A stretch of 64,000 nt of DNA from Steroidobacteraceae bacterium (lineage in GTDB: Bacteria; Pseudomonadota; Gammaproteobacteria; Steroidobacterales; Steroidobacteraceae). A program made the translations under genes and the position numbers. Position 1 is the first letter of the stretch. Each line of letters begins with the position of its first letter. Where the stretch lies: the NCBI GenBank assembly GCA_041395625.1, contig JAWLAE010000006.1, positions 31,706-95,705 of the forward strand, given 5' to 3'. The notes beneath the pieces were generated by a model. The model saw only the letters and a list, made by a program, of their open reading frames with translations, had not been told where the DNA came from and did no database searches. This document shows, one piece after another, positions 9,090 to 19,770 of this stretch.

Positions 9090-12000
9090 CTAGGTGGTCG
9101 TCAGACTTCTGATGGCTTCCACTCCGACTGATAGCGTTGCGAAGTCAGTGCCACCGCTGGCACGCATATCGACCAGCGTGCGTTTCCAGCTCGTGAGTTC
9201 CTCGCCCATCGAGCTGGACCAGGCTTGGATACGTGCCTGTGCGCCGCGCTGACGACCGTGCTTCAGTGCGCGTGCGGCGATCTCACGATGCGCGCGCCGA
9301 GCGTTGTCCCGCAGAGCTGCGCGCGCGACGGCCTGCCATTGACCGTCGACCGACAGATGATCGATCCGTTCGTGCAACCAGTCGAGACCGATCTCAGCAC
9401 CAATGCCGAAATAGACCAGCGCCGCCTCCCGTACGCCTACTTGCTGGTTGCTGGCCAGGGCGACGATGTCCAGCGAGGGTTCAAGCCATGGCAGGCGTGC
9501 TACCTGGATAGCGATTGCGCTGGGCACACCTTCACCCGTCAACGCCTCTGCACGTGCAGCCAGCCTGCTTCGCTCTTCAGTTCCCAAGGCTTCCTCGAGA
9601 CTGTCGGCAAGATCCGCGACGCCCACGCGCAGATCACGCACCGCGACGTCGACTGCCAGTGGTCGACGACGTTCTCGCAATAGCCAATAGCTCGTATGTC
9701 GCAGCAAACGACTGGCCTCGTACATCATTGCGTACTGCACACGTGCGGGTACACGCGTGTCGAGTGCTTCGATACCCGCCCACAAGTCGCGCATGGCGAA
9801 TGCCTCGCGCGCGATCGTATAGGCGCGCGCAATCCGCGCTGGATCCGCATCCGTATCTTCCTGGGCGCGCAGTACGAACACCGGTCCCATCCTGTTGACG
9901 ATGCTATTGGTGGTGGCGGTCGTGACGATTTCGCGGCGCAGCGGGTGTCGGGAGATATCACGCGGGAGCTTGGTCCGCACGGGTTCCGGGAAGTAGCGCT
10001 CCAGCTCCGTAATGAAATAGGGGTCTTCCGGCAGATCGGATTCGATCAACTGATTGGACAGCCAGATCTTGCTGTACGACAGCGCGATGGCGAGCTCCGG
10101 CCGCGTCAAACCGAGCTTGCGCTTGCGGCGGTCGAGAAACTCGTCCTCGGTCGGCAGGTACTCGATGGACCGGTTCAGATCGCCGGCGCGTTCGAGCGAT
10201 CGGATGAGACTCTGGTACTCGATCAGGCGCTCGGCCGAATGCAGCTCGAGCGTCGAAATCGCCTGGCTCTGCAGGTAGTTGTTACGCAGGACCAGTTCGG
10301 CCACCGCGGTGGTCATGCGTTTGAGCAATGCATCGCGCGCCGTTCGTTTCAGTCGTCCGGCGCTCTCCACTTGCGAGAACAGGATTTTGAGGTTCACCTC
10401 GACGTCCGAGGTATTCACGCCCGCGGAATTGTCGATGAAATCGGTATTGATCCGGCCGCCTGCGAGAGCGTATTCGATACGCCCTCGCTGCGTGCAACCG
10501 AGGTTGCCGCCTTCACCTACTATTCGCGCGCGCAACTCCTTGCCATTCGCACGAATGGCATCGTTGGTTCGGTCGCCGACCTCAGCGTTGCTCTCGTCGG
10601 TCGCCTTGACGTAAGTACCGATGCCGCCGTTCCAGAGCAGATCCACAGGCATGCGGATGATGGCGCGAATCACCTCGGTTGGCGTTGGCGCCGCCGTCTC
10701 GATCCCGAGCAGAGTCCGTGCTTCGGCCGTCAGTGCAATCGTTTTTGCGCTGCGTTCATACACGCCGCCGCCCTTTGAAATAAGCTTGCGATCGTAGTCG
10801 GACCAGCTGGAGCGTGGCAGATCGAACAACCGCTGTCGTTCGCGAAAGCTCACTGCCGCGTCCGGGTCGGGATCGATGAAGATGTGTAGGTGATTGAAGG
10901 CGGCTTGCAGCCTGATGTGTCGAGACAACAGCATGCCGTTGCCGAACACGTCGCCCGACATGTCGCCGATGCCGGCGACCGTGAACTCCTGGCCCTGCGT
11001 GTCGACGCCCAGTTCGCGGAAGTGACGCTTGACGCACTCCCAGGCACCGCGCGCGGTAATGCCCATCTTCTTGTGGTCATAGCCAGCCGAGCCCCCGGAG
11101 GCAAATGCATCGCCAAGCCAGTGGCCGTATTCGATGGAGATCGCATTGGCGATGTCCGAGAACGTAGCCGTGCCTTTGTCCGCCGCTACGACCAGATACG
11201 CATCGTCGCCATCGTGACGCACCAGGCAGTCGCGCGGCACGACCTTGCCGCCCACGATATTGTCGGTGACATCGAGCAGTCCGCGGATGAACGTCCGGTA
11301 GCTTGCAATGACTTCGCGCTGCACGTCATCGCGACTGCCGCCATGCGGCAAGCGCTTCGGAAAGAAGCCACCTTTGGCGCCCACCGGCACGATCAGGGTG
11401 TTCTTGACGTTCTGGGCTTTCATCAGGCCCAGCACTTCAGTGCGGAAGTCCTCGCGGCGGTCGGACCAGCGTATCCCGCCGCGGGCGACAAAGCCCATGC
11501 GCAAATGCACGCCCTCGACCCGCGGACTGTAGACAAAGATCTCGAACTTCGGCCGCGGCAGCGGCAGGTCTGGCAGCCGCTGCGGATCGAACTTGAGTGA
11601 CAGCCATGATTTCAAGCCACCATCGGCCAGTGTCTGGTGGAAGTTAGTGCGTAGTGTCGCCCGGATCGCGCGCAGGTAGGCGCGTAGAATGCGATCGTCG
11701 TCGGCGCTGCGGACGCCCGTGAGCGCCTTGACGATGGCCCGATCGAGCCGCGCCATTTCCTTGTCGCGCGTTTTGGCGCCGATATCGAGCTGGAAGCGCA
11801 CTTGAAAGAGTTGTGCGAGCTGCCGCGTGATGGTCGCGTGATTGGCGAGCACGCGCTCCATCAGCAGTTGACTGAACGGCAAACCAGTCTGCAGCAGGTA
11901 GCGACAGTATGCGCGCAGCACAACGACCTCGCGGAGTTCGAGGCCAGCGGCAAGCAACAGCCGATTGAAGCCATCGTTCTCACTGTCGCCGTTCCAGGTC

Positions 12001-13925
12001 GCGCGAAAGGCAGTCTTGAACATCGGCTCGAGCCGTTCGAGATCGACGTCGCTCGCGTCGTGCATCTCGAGTTCCAGGTCTTGGACGCTGGCGAGTTCGC
12101 CGTCTTGCAGCAGGACTTCGTAAGGATGCTCGGCCAGCACTCGCAAGCCGAAGTTCTCGAGCATCGGCAGCACGTCCGAGATGGGTATCGAGGAGCCGCT
12201 CTTGATGATCTTCAGATTGAGTAGCCTCCCGTTCTTGGCGCGCTGCTTGAGATCCGGGAAGTAGAGATTGAGCCGCAACCGCCCCGCATCGACCGCCAGC
12301 GCTTCGAGATCCTCGATATCCTCGAGCGCGTGCGCCGGCTCGATGTCATCCTGGTACGCCGGCGAAAAGGCGCTGGCATAGCGCTGCGCCAGCTCCAGGC
12401 CACGACTCTCATCGGCGTCCCGCAGCAACGCTGCGCGCAGCCGATCACTCCAGGTGGTGGCGGCTGCGGCAATTTCCTGTTCAATGGCGGCTATGTCCCG
12501 TACTGGCGACGCACCTGGCTTGGTGCGTACCAACAGATGCAGGCGCGCGAGTGCCGATTCGGAAATTTGCACCTGTGACTCGATGTGCGTGCCAGCGAAG
12601 CGCGCGCGCATGATCGCCTCGATGCGTTCGCGAACTTGTGTGTTGTAGCGATCGCGTGGTGCAAATACGAGGCAGGAATAGAATCGCTCGTAGGCGTCGC
12701 GCCGGACGAACAGCCGCACCTGGTGGCGCTCGTACAGATTGACGATACCGCGCAGGATACGGATGAGATCGCTGGTATCCGCCTGGAACAGTTCGTCGCG
12801 TGGATAAGTCTCGATCGCGTTTGCGAGTGCCTTTGCGTCATGGCTGTGCGCTGGCAGACCGAAGTGCGCGATGATCGTCTGCACCTTGTGGCGCAGCAAG
12901 GGGATGTCCCGCGGCGACATGTGGTAGGCGCTCGAGGTCCACAGACCGAGGAACCGATGCTCACCATTGGCGCGCCCGCGCGAGTCGAAGGTCTTGACGC
13001 CCACATAGTCGAGGTAACTGGCGCGATGCACCGTCGAGATAGAATTGGCTTTTGTCAGTACGAGCAGCGATTTCTCACGGGCGCGGTCGCGCAATGTGTT
13101 CGTCAGCACCTTGGAGTCGCGCTTGCGATTGCGAACTCGCGAGGGGCGCAAAATGCCGAGGCCGCTCTCGCGGTCGCGAACCAGCGTGTCGGACTTGGCG
13201 CCGCGCCGTAGTCGATAGTAACGATAGCCGAGAAAGACGAAGTGACGTTCTTCCATCCACGTGAGCAAGGCTCGCGCTTCAGCGACGTCCGAGCGCGCCA
13301 CCGGTAGTGCTGATGCATCGAGCTCACGTGCGACGCGCAGGGTTTGCTCGCGCAGCGCGTCGAAGTCCTTGACGGCCGCATGCACGTCCGCGAGCGTCGA
13401 CCGAATCCGACGCACGAGCTCCGCGGCAGCAACATCGTCGCGCGGTCGGTCGATTTCGATCAATTGCCACGATTCGACCATCGCATCCGGTCCCGCCGCA
13501 CCGATTGCCAGCAGGCGTCCGGACTTGCCACGTCGAACATCCATTACCGGATGCACGATCAGGTGCACTGCAATATTGAGTTGGTTTAAGACGATGCCCA
13601 GGGAGTCGACCAGGAACGGCATATCGTCTGTAACTATGGCGACCGTGGCGCGATACGGTGAGCCTTCCGGGCGCTCGATACCATCGTCGAGCTGGATGAG
13701 AGTCTGGCCGCGACGGCGTGTACGCCCCAGGTTCAGGTGTTTGAGCGCGGCCGCTGCGAGACTCTCGCGGGTGTGTGCCCGCAGGTCGTGCTCGGACACG
13801 CCGCGAAAGTAATTGCGCAGGTAGTCACGCTCCACGCCGCTCTTCTTGAAGCGGCGCAAGCGTTGGGCGGCTTGGATGATAGCGTCGATTAGTGCGACGC
13901 GTGCGGCGGGGATCTTGCCAAGCAT
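9090..13925 (-). CDS. gdhB: large NAD-specific glutamate dehydrogenase (about 180 kDa class)
   Basis: A single 1611-aa ORF containing the conserved catalytic core of the giant bacterial GDH family: VPVGAKGGFFPKR, GTATFSDIAN, AGYDHKKMGITARGAWE and GDMSGDVFGNGML. Confidence 0.9.
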   Translation of the reverse strand: MLGKIPAARVALIDAIIQAAQRLRRFKKSGVERDYLRNYFRGVSEHDLRAHTRESLAAAALKHLNLGRTRRRGQTLIQLDDGIERPEGSPYRATVAIVTDDMPFLVDSLGIVLNQLNIAVHLIVHPVMDVRRGKSGRLLAIGAAGPDAMVESWQLIEIDRPRDDVAAAELVRRIRSTLADVHAAVKDFDALREQTLRVARELDASALPVARSDVAEARALLTWMEERHFVFLGYRYYRLRRGAKSDTLVRDRESGLGILRPSRVRNRKRDSKVLTNTLRDRAREKSLLVLTKANSISTVHRASYLDYVGVKTFDSRGRANGEHRFLGLWTSSAYHMSPRDIPLLRHKVQTIIAHFGLPAHSHDAKALANAIETYPRDELFQADTSDLIRILRGIVNLYERHQVRLFVRRDAYERFYSCLVFAPRDRYNTQVRERIEAIMRARFAGTHIESQVQISESALARLHLLVRTKPGASPVRDIAAIEQEIAAAATTWSDRLRAALLRDADESRGLELAQRYASAFSPAYQDDIEPAHALEDIEDLEALAVDAGRLRLNLYFPDLKQRAKNGRLLNLKIIKSGSSIPISDVLPMLENFGLRVLAEHPYEVLLQDGELASVQDLELEMHDASDVDLERLEPMFKTAFRATWNGDSENDGFNRLLLAAGLELREVVVLRAYCRYLLQTGLPFSQLLMERVLANHATITRQLAQLFQVRFQLDIGAKTRDKEMARLDRAIVKALTGVRSADDDRILRAYLRAIRATLRTNFHQTLADGGLKSWLSLKFDPQRLPDLPLPRPKFEIFVYSPRVEGVHLRMGFVARGGIRWSDRREDFRTEVLGLMKAQNVKNTLIVPVGAKGGFFPKRLPHGGSRDDVQREVIASYRTFIRGLLDVTDNIVGGKVVPRDCLVRHDGDDAYLVVAADKGTATFSDIANAISIEYGHWLGDAFASGGSAGYDHKKMGITARGAWECVKRHFRELGVDTQGQEFTVAGIGDMSGDVFGNGMLLSRHIRLQAAFNHLHIFIDPDPDAAVSFRERQRLFDLPRSSWSDYDRKLISKGGGVYERSAKTIALTAEARTLLGIETAAPTPTEVIRAIIRMPVDLLWNGGIGTYVKATDESNAEVGDRTNDAIRANGKELRARIVGEGGNLGCTQRGRIEYALAGGRINTDFIDNSAGVNTSDVEVNLKILFSQVESAGRLKRTARDALLKRMTTAVAELVLRNNYLQSQAISTLELHSAERLIEYQSLIRSLERAGDLNRSIEYLPTEDEFLDRRKRKLGLTRPELAIALSYSKIWLSNQLIESDLPEDPYFITELERYFPEPVRTKLPRDISRHPLRREIVTTATTNSIVNRMGPVFVLRAQEDTDADPARIARAYTIAREAFAMRDLWAGIEALDTRVPARVQYAMMYEASRLLRHTSYWLLRERRRPLAVDVAVRDLRVGVADLADSLEEALGTEERSRLAARAEALTGEGVPSAIAIQVARLPWLEPSLDIVALASNQQVGVREAALVYFGIGAEIGLDWLHERIDHLSVDGQWQAVARAALRDNARRAHREIAARALKHGRQRGAQARIQAWSSSMGEELTSWKRTLVDMRASGGTDFATLSVGVEAIRSLTTT

Positions 13926-14041
13926 GGTGGTGAGTCTCCTGACGTCCTGCGTAGTATAGCCGGGAGAGCGCTGGTTCCGACGAAAACCGTCGTCGTTCCA
14001 AAGCTGGTGTTGGATGCCGGATTAGTTACAATCTTCGCCTG

Positions 14042-14689
14042 ATGTTGCAGCTCTATACTTACTGGCGTAGTTCGGCGAGCTTTAGGGTTCGCATTGCCCT
14101 GAATGTGAAGGGCATCGCCTACGAGTCATGCCCAGTCCATCTCATCCGCGACGGTGGCGAGCAGAATCTGCCAGCCTATCGCCAGCTCAACCCGCAGGGC
14201 CGCGTGCCGACACTGGTGCACGATGGCGGGGTGATCAACCAGTCGATGGCGATACTCGAGTACCTCGAGGAGGTCTTTCCGTCGCCTGCATTGTTGCCGG
14301 ACGATCCGGCCGGCAGGGCGCGTGTGCGCGGGTTGGCGCAGATCATCGTGAGCGACATCCAGCCGTTGCAGAATTCCAGCGTCACCCGCTATCTGTCGGG
14401 CACCTTGCAGCTGGACAAGGCTGCGATCAACGCCTGGCTGCATCATTGGATCTCGCGCGGCCTGGAGGCAGTGGAGGCACGGTTGGCGGCGGAGCCTGCA
14501 ACTGGGCGCTACTGCCATGGCGCGGCCGTGTCGCTCGCGGATTGCTGCCTCTATCCACAGGTGTACGCCGCGCGACGCTTTGGAGTCGATCTCGCAGCGT
14601 TCCCGACGATCGCGCGCATTGCCGCGGAGTGCGCCCGAGTGGCGGCCTTTGCGCAGGCGGAACCTGACCAGCAACCTGACCGCGAGTGA
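14042..14689 (+). CDS. maiA: maleylacetoacetate isomerase (zeta-class GST)
   Basis: 215 aa with LYTYWRSSASFRVRIALNVKGI, NPQGRVPTL and SDIQPLQN, the zeta-GST/MaiA motifs. Confidence 0.85.
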   Translation: MLQLYTYWRSSASFRVRIALNVKGIAYESCPVHLIRDGGEQNLPAYRQLNPQGRVPTLVHDGGVINQSMAILEYLEEVFPSPALLPDDPAGRARVRGLAQIIVSDIQPLQNSSVTRYLSGTLQLDKAAINAWLHHWISRGLEAVEARLAAEPATGRYCHGAAVSLADCCLYPQVYAARRFGVDLAAFPTIARIAAECARVAAFAQAEPDQQPDRE

Positions 14690-14708
14690 GGCCGACCCGG
14701 ACTGGTAG

Positions 14709-15824
14709 TCAGCTGGCGACGTGCACTCGTGCCAGGTAGTCGCGACTCTGCATTTCGATCAGCCGGCTGGCCGTACGCTCGAACTCGAACTTCAAGCGGT
14801 CGCCGCGATATAGCTGCTGCGCAGGTGCAGCGGCGGACAAGATCAGGTTGACTCCGCGGTCATAGAACTCGTCGACGAGTGTAATGAAGCGTCGCGCGGC
14901 GTTCTCGTTGCTCAAGTCGAACACCGGCACATTGGAGATCAACACCGACTGGTACTCCCGCGCCAGGTGAATATAGTCCGGCGCACTGCGCGGGCCGTCA
15001 CACAACGCCGCGAACTCGAACCATACGACGTTGTCGCTCTCGCGCAGCACCGGAATCCGGCGGTCGTCTATTTCGATGTAGCCGTCAGTTTCTTCATCAC
15101 CGTCCGCCAAATCGTCGAATAGCGCCGCCAGCGTATCCTTGGCGCCGGGATCGCTGCTCGAGATATACAGCTGCGCGCGCGTGAGTTGTGTCAGGCGATA
15201 GTCGAGCGGTCCCATGAGTTCGACGACCTCAGTGTATTGCTCGAGCAGTGCGATCGCGGGCAGAAAACGCTGCCGCTGCAGGCCACCGTGATAGAGCCTG
15301 TGGGGTGGCACGTTGGACGTGAACACGAGTGCGACATCGTAGCGGATCAGCGCCCCGAACAATCCGCCAAGTATCATGGCGTCTGCGATATCGGCGACGA
15401 ACAACTCGTCGAAGCACAGTACGCGCGTTGCTTTGGCGATGCGCTCTGCGACCATCTCGAGCGGGTCGGATTCACCTTTGAGTGTCTTCAACTCGGCATG
15501 CACCTCATGCATGAAACGGTAGAAGTGACTGCGCCGGCGCTCGCTGAACGCAAGGCTCGTGAAGAACAGGTCCATCAGCCACGTCTTGCCGCGGCCGACA
15601 TCGCCCCACAAGTAGACGCCGCGGGGCGCAGCGGCCGCGCGACGGCCACCCAATGCAGTGCTTAGGCGGCTGGCGAGACTGCGCGGTCGAGTGGCCTTGG
15701 TGAGTTCACGGCGCAACCTCTCGAGCGGTACTAGCGCCGCCAGTTGCGCCGGGTCGGTCTGAAAGCCGCGCTTCACGGCTTCGGCAAAGTAAAGATCCGC
15801 GAGTACAGACTTGCGCTTGGTCAT
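14709..15824 (-). CDS. zapE: AFG1/ZapE-family ATPase
   Basis: 371 aa with the Walker A motif LWGDVGRGKTWLMD, Walker B CFDELFVADI and AFG1-like overall architecture. Confidence 0.85.
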   Translation of the reverse strand: MTKRKSVLADLYFAEAVKRGFQTDPAQLAALVPLERLRRELTKATRPRSLASRLSTALGGRRAAAAPRGVYLWGDVGRGKTWLMDLFFTSLAFSERRRSHFYRFMHEVHAELKTLKGESDPLEMVAERIAKATRVLCFDELFVADIADAMILGGLFGALIRYDVALVFTSNVPPHRLYHGGLQRQRFLPAIALLEQYTEVVELMGPLDYRLTQLTRAQLYISSSDPGAKDTLAALFDDLADGDEETDGYIEIDDRRIPVLRESDNVVWFEFAALCDGPRSAPDYIHLAREYQSVLISNVPVFDLSNENAARRFITLVDEFYDRGVNLILSAAAPAQQLYRGDRLKFEFERTASRLIEMQSRDYLARVHVAS

Positions 15825-17329
15825 GCGCGCTGGCTCAGCAGTTCGATGCCGTCGTGTTCGGTAGTCCTGGCGAGGTCGCCGTGATACCAGGCGTTATCGA
15901 AGCGTTCGAAGTAGGCCGACCGGTAGCGCGTGCGGTCCAGGTCGTTCCAGAACCCGAGCGGCATGGACGGAAATGGCGCCCTGCAAACGAGACTGCCGGC
16001 TTGCCCCCGCACCGGCCGCCCCGACTCGTCGACGACGTCAGTCTGCAAGGCCAAACCACGCGTCTGAAGCTCACCGCGATACACCGGCAGGACGGGGCTG
16101 CTCAGCCAGAAGCCAGCCGCGGCCTCGGCCAGGCCCGCGATCGCTGCCAGCAGCAGGTCTGCCTTTATGTATTGATACACGTAGTCGTAGATTGGCGGCG
16201 GCAGCGCTGGATCGGTGGACAAGATCGTGCGCAAGGTCTTGAGGTCGTGTCGCAAACCAGGCTGCTCGCCCGCTCGCTGCAGTGTCTGCAGGTGGATCGC
16301 GTCAGTGCTCAGGATCGTGATCGCTTCGGCGTCCACCAACCGCCACAGGGCGCTGGCGTCCGGCGAGTCCGGAGCACCGTCGTACTGCACCAAGGTTGCA
16401 CCTATGGCCAGCGCGCTCAGCAGCCAATGCCATTGCGGCGAACCGCAAGCGCTGTTGACTAACAAGCGGTCACCGCGCCGGACGTCGATGTGCAGCAGGT
16501 GCTCTTTCTGCTGCTGCAGCAGTACGCCACCGGCGCCGTGGATGACACTCGAAGTGTGCGCTGTACGAGTGATGTAGAGTGGCTGATCGAAGGGTAGTGA
16601 GGCAAAGTCTATGTCGTGAGCGGCGGTGCCGAACTGTTCGAATGCCACCGCGTCGGGGCCTGCCGGGCCCACGATCAGTTCGACGGATGGCACCCGCTGC
16701 CGTACCTGGGTGAGAATGCCAGGTGCCCCGGCGCCGCGATCGCAACCATCGACAGCAAACAGCACTTTGGGCGCGATCTGTCTGCAGTGGTCGAGCCACT
16801 GTTCGATGCCGTCATCGGGCGCGCAGCCAGACCAGATTGCGCCGATGCTGGCAGTTGCCAGCATGGCGATGGCTGCTTCCGGGACATTGGGCAGCAAGCC
16901 TGCGACCCGATCGCCCGCGACAACTCCGGCAGCCCGCAGGCCCTGAGCGACGCGTGCTACCTCGCCAAAAAGATGTTGGTAGGTGAGCGCACGTCTGTTG
17001 CCGCGCGCATCGACGGCCACCAGCGCTTCACTCGAATCCCGGAACCGCAGCAGGTTGGCGGCGAAGTTGAGCCGTGCGCCTGGAAACCACTTGGCGCCCG
17101 GCAGTCGTGTGCCGTCCACCAGCGCGAGACCCGTGCTCCAGTCGGCGCGCACGTCGGCGAAGTGCGCCAGCTCGATCCAGAACTCCGCAGGGTTCTCGAC
17201 CGACCATTCGTACAGGGCAGCGTAATCGGCAATCTCGGCACTGCGCCGCGCATTGACGCAATCGATGAAACGCGTGACGTTGGCAGCAGCGATGCGCTGC
17301 GGGGCAGGGCGCCACAACGGCTCGCTCAT
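15821..17329 (-). CDS. acetoacetyl-CoA synthetase-like protein, motif-degenerate and lacking the C-terminal subdomain
   Basis: The N-terminal and central regions are colinear with acetoacetate-CoA ligases (LNFAANLL, MLATASIGAIWSGCAPD, FPSMPLGFWND, YFERFDNAWYHGD). The AMP-binding loop is replaced by ITRTAHTSSVIH, and the ORF stops before the C-terminal lid domain. Its stop overlaps the zapE start (ATGA at 15821-15824). Confidence 0.6.
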   Translation of the reverse strand: MSEPLWRPAPQRIAAANVTRFIDCVNARRSAEIADYAALYEWSVENPAEFWIELAHFADVRADWSTGLALVDGTRLPGAKWFPGARLNFAANLLRFRDSSEALVAVDARGNRRALTYQHLFGEVARVAQGLRAAGVVAGDRVAGLLPNVPEAAIAMLATASIGAIWSGCAPDDGIEQWLDHCRQIAPKVLFAVDGCDRGAGAPGILTQVRQRVPSVELIVGPAGPDAVAFEQFGTAAHDIDFASLPFDQPLYITRTAHTSSVIHGAGGVLLQQQKEHLLHIDVRRGDRLLVNSACGSPQWHWLLSALAIGATLVQYDGAPDSPDASALWRLVDAEAITILSTDAIHLQTLQRAGEQPGLRHDLKTLRTILSTDPALPPPIYDYVYQYIKADLLLAAIAGLAEAAAGFWLSSPVLPVYRGELQTRGLALQTDVVDESGRPVRGQAGSLVCRAPFPSMPLGFWNDLDRTRYRSAYFERFDNAWYHGDLARTTEHDGIELLSQRA

Positions 17330-17350
17330 CGCCCGTACCTCATCCGTTGC

Positions 17351-18967
17351 TCACAGGGTTTGGTAGTTAGGGCCTGAGCCGCCTTCGGGTGTCACCCAAT
17401 CGATGATTTGATACGGATCCTTGATATCGCAGGCTTTGCAGTGGACGCAATTGGCGGCGTTGATCTGCAGGCGCTTGCCACCATTGTCGTCCGGCACCAT
17501 TTCATAGACGTGTGCCGGACAGAATCGCGTGCACGGATTGTCATACTCTGCCGCGCAGCGAGTTGCGCATATGGTCGTATCCCGCACATGCAAGTGCACC
17601 GGCTGGTTTTCGTCATGGGTCGTCGTGGCGAAGAATACCGATGCGAGCCGGTCGCGCGGTGGCAGCGTGCGATCGCCCCAGCCGCGATCCGGAGACTGAT
17701 ACTCATCCACTCGCTTGATGGCTGCGTAGCTGGCCTGATTCTTCAAAGTCCACGGCAGCTTGCCGGCGGTCACCGTTTCGAGACCCGCGTTCAGCAGCCC
17801 GACCCAGAGGCCGCGCTTGAAGGCCGGCTTCACGTTGCGTACTTTCTTCAACTCGCGTCCGCCAGCCGATGCGCGCCAGCGAGCGTCGAAACCAGCCGGC
17901 TGGCCGGCTTCGACGAAATGCGTGGCCGCCAACGCGCCGCAGCGGATCGCCTGATGTATGCCCTTGATCTTTGGAACGTTGAGTGTCCCTGCAGTATCGC
18001 CCACTAACAAGGCACCCGGCATTTCCATCTGTGGCAGAGACTGCCAGCCGCCCGCGGCGATGCTGCGCGCGCCAGCCGCGACGATCTCGCCGCCGTCGAG
18101 CAGCGGCTTGATTTCGGGATGATTCTTGAACTGTTGAAACGCCTCGAACGGCCTGAAGTTCGGGTCGGCATAGTCGAGGCCGGCGACATAGCCGATGTAT
18201 ACGCGGTCGTTGTCGAGGTGATAGAGAAAGCTGCCACCGTAGGTCTTGGGATCGACGGGCCAGCCGAAAGAGTGTTGGATCAGACCGGTTTCGGTACGAC
18301 CCGGGGGCAATTGCCACAGTTCCTTGAAACCCAGCGCATAGCTCTGCGGATCGCAGTTGGCTTCCAGCTTGAAGCGTGCGATGAGTTGTTTGGTCAGACT
18401 GCCCCGGCAACCCTCGGCCAGGATCGTGAGCTTGGCACGCACCTCGGGTCCAGACGTGAAGTTCGGACCGCGTTCACCGTTCTTCTCGATGCCCATGTCG
18501 CCGATTTGCACGCCTGCTACGGCGCCCGCGTCGTCGTACAGAAGGCTCGCGGCCGCATAGCCGGCGAACACATCGACGCCGAGATTCTCGGCTTGCTGGG
18601 CCAGCCAGATATTGAGCCCACCCAACGAGATGATGAAGTTCCCCTTATTGTGGAGCGACGGCGGAATATACGGCAGCTTGTAACTACCGGTGCGGTTCAG
18701 CAAACGGAACTCGTCGCGTTTCGCAGGCACGCAAATCGGCAAATCGGCTTGCCGCCACGCGGGTAACAACTCGTCCAGCGGGCCCGGTTCCATCACGGCA
18801 CCCGACAGCGAATGCGCACCGATCTGCGAGCCCTTCTCCAGCAAGCAGACATTGAGGTTCGGCTGCAGTTGTTTCAGGCGAATCGCGCTGGCGAGACCCG
18901 CCGGTCCGCCGCCGACCACGATGACGTCGTACTCCATGACGTCACGTTCGATCGCCTCGTTTGTCAT
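17351..18967 (-). CDS. electron-transfer flavoprotein:ubiquinone oxidoreductase
   Basis: FAD-binding YDVIVVGGGPAGL, a C-terminal 4Fe-4S region (CPAHVYE...CVHCKACDIKDP) and the ending GGSGPNYQTL. The start was set at MTNEAIERD. Confidence 0.9.
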   Translation of the reverse strand: MTNEAIERDVMEYDVIVVGGGPAGLASAIRLKQLQPNLNVCLLEKGSQIGAHSLSGAVMEPGPLDELLPAWRQADLPICVPAKRDEFRLLNRTGSYKLPYIPPSLHNKGNFIISLGGLNIWLAQQAENLGVDVFAGYAAASLLYDDAGAVAGVQIGDMGIEKNGERGPNFTSGPEVRAKLTILAEGCRGSLTKQLIARFKLEANCDPQSYALGFKELWQLPPGRTETGLIQHSFGWPVDPKTYGGSFLYHLDNDRVYIGYVAGLDYADPNFRPFEAFQQFKNHPEIKPLLDGGEIVAAGARSIAAGGWQSLPQMEMPGALLVGDTAGTLNVPKIKGIHQAIRCGALAATHFVEAGQPAGFDARWRASAGGRELKKVRNVKPAFKRGLWVGLLNAGLETVTAGKLPWTLKNQASYAAIKRVDEYQSPDRGWGDRTLPPRDRLASVFFATTTHDENQPVHLHVRDTTICATRCAAEYDNPCTRFCPAHVYEMVPDDNGGKRLQINAANCVHCKACDIKDPYQIIDWVTPEGGSGPNYQTL

Positions 18968-18989
18968 CGTTGGTTCCTCACGACTGCGG

Positions 18990-19757
18990 CTATTTCGGTT
19001 GCATCCGAATGGCGCCATCCAGCCGGATGGTTTCGCCATTCAACATTGCGATCTCGACGATAGTCTGCACCAGCTGCGCGAACTCCTCGGGCTTGCCGAG
19101 GCGCGGTGGGAATGGCACTTGTTTGCCGAGGGAGTCCTGCGCCTCTTGCGGCAGTCCAGCGACCATCGGCGTGCGAAAAATGCCTGGTGCGATCGCACAG
19201 ACGCGAATGCCGAACTGCGCGAACTCACGCGCAAGCGGCAGCACCATGCCCATTACGCCGGCTTTGGTCGCTGAGTAGGCGGCCTGGCCGATCTGGCCTT
19301 CGAATGCGGCTACCGATGAGGTGTGGATCAGCACGCCCCGTTCGCCATCAGCATTCGGTGTGTTGTGCTGCATGATCGCCGCGGCGGCCTTGTCGCACAG
19401 AAAAGTGCCGATCAGGTTGATATGGATCACCTTGGTGAAGAACTCGGCTGCCATCGGCCCGTTCTTGCCGAGCACGCGCCCGGCACCAATCACGCCAGCG
19501 CAATTGACCAGCAGATTGATGCCTCCCATGCGCGCGCGAGCGGTCTCCATCGCCGCATTGACTTCGGTTTCCGACGTCACGTCGCACTTGACGAAGCTGG
19601 CAGCGGTGCCCAAAGCCTTGGCCGCTGCCTGCCCAGGGCCTTCCTGTACATCGAGCAACGCGACCTTCGCGCCCTGCGCGACCAGATGTTGGGCAACGGC
19701 GTTGCCCAAGCCGGAAGCGCCACCTGAAATAACGGCCCGAATTTCTTTGATGTTCAT
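18990..19757 (-). CDS. short-chain dehydrogenase, 3-hydroxyacyl-CoA dehydrogenase type-2-like
   Basis: ISGGASGLG (NAD-binding), NCAG and YSATKAG (catalytic YxxxK). The start was set at MNIKEIRAV. Confidence 0.85.
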   Translation of the reverse strand: MNIKEIRAVISGGASGLGNAVAQHLVAQGAKVALLDVQEGPGQAAAKALGTAASFVKCDVTSETEVNAAMETARARMGGINLLVNCAGVIGAGRVLGKNGPMAAEFFTKVIHINLIGTFLCDKAAAAIMQHNTPNADGERGVLIHTSSVAAFEGQIGQAAYSATKAGVMGMVLPLAREFAQFGIRVCAIAPGIFRTPMVAGLPQEAQDSLGKQVPFPPRLGKPEEFAQLVQTIVEIAMLNGETIRLDGAIRMQPK

Positions 19758-19770
19758 CGTGTGTTCCTGC

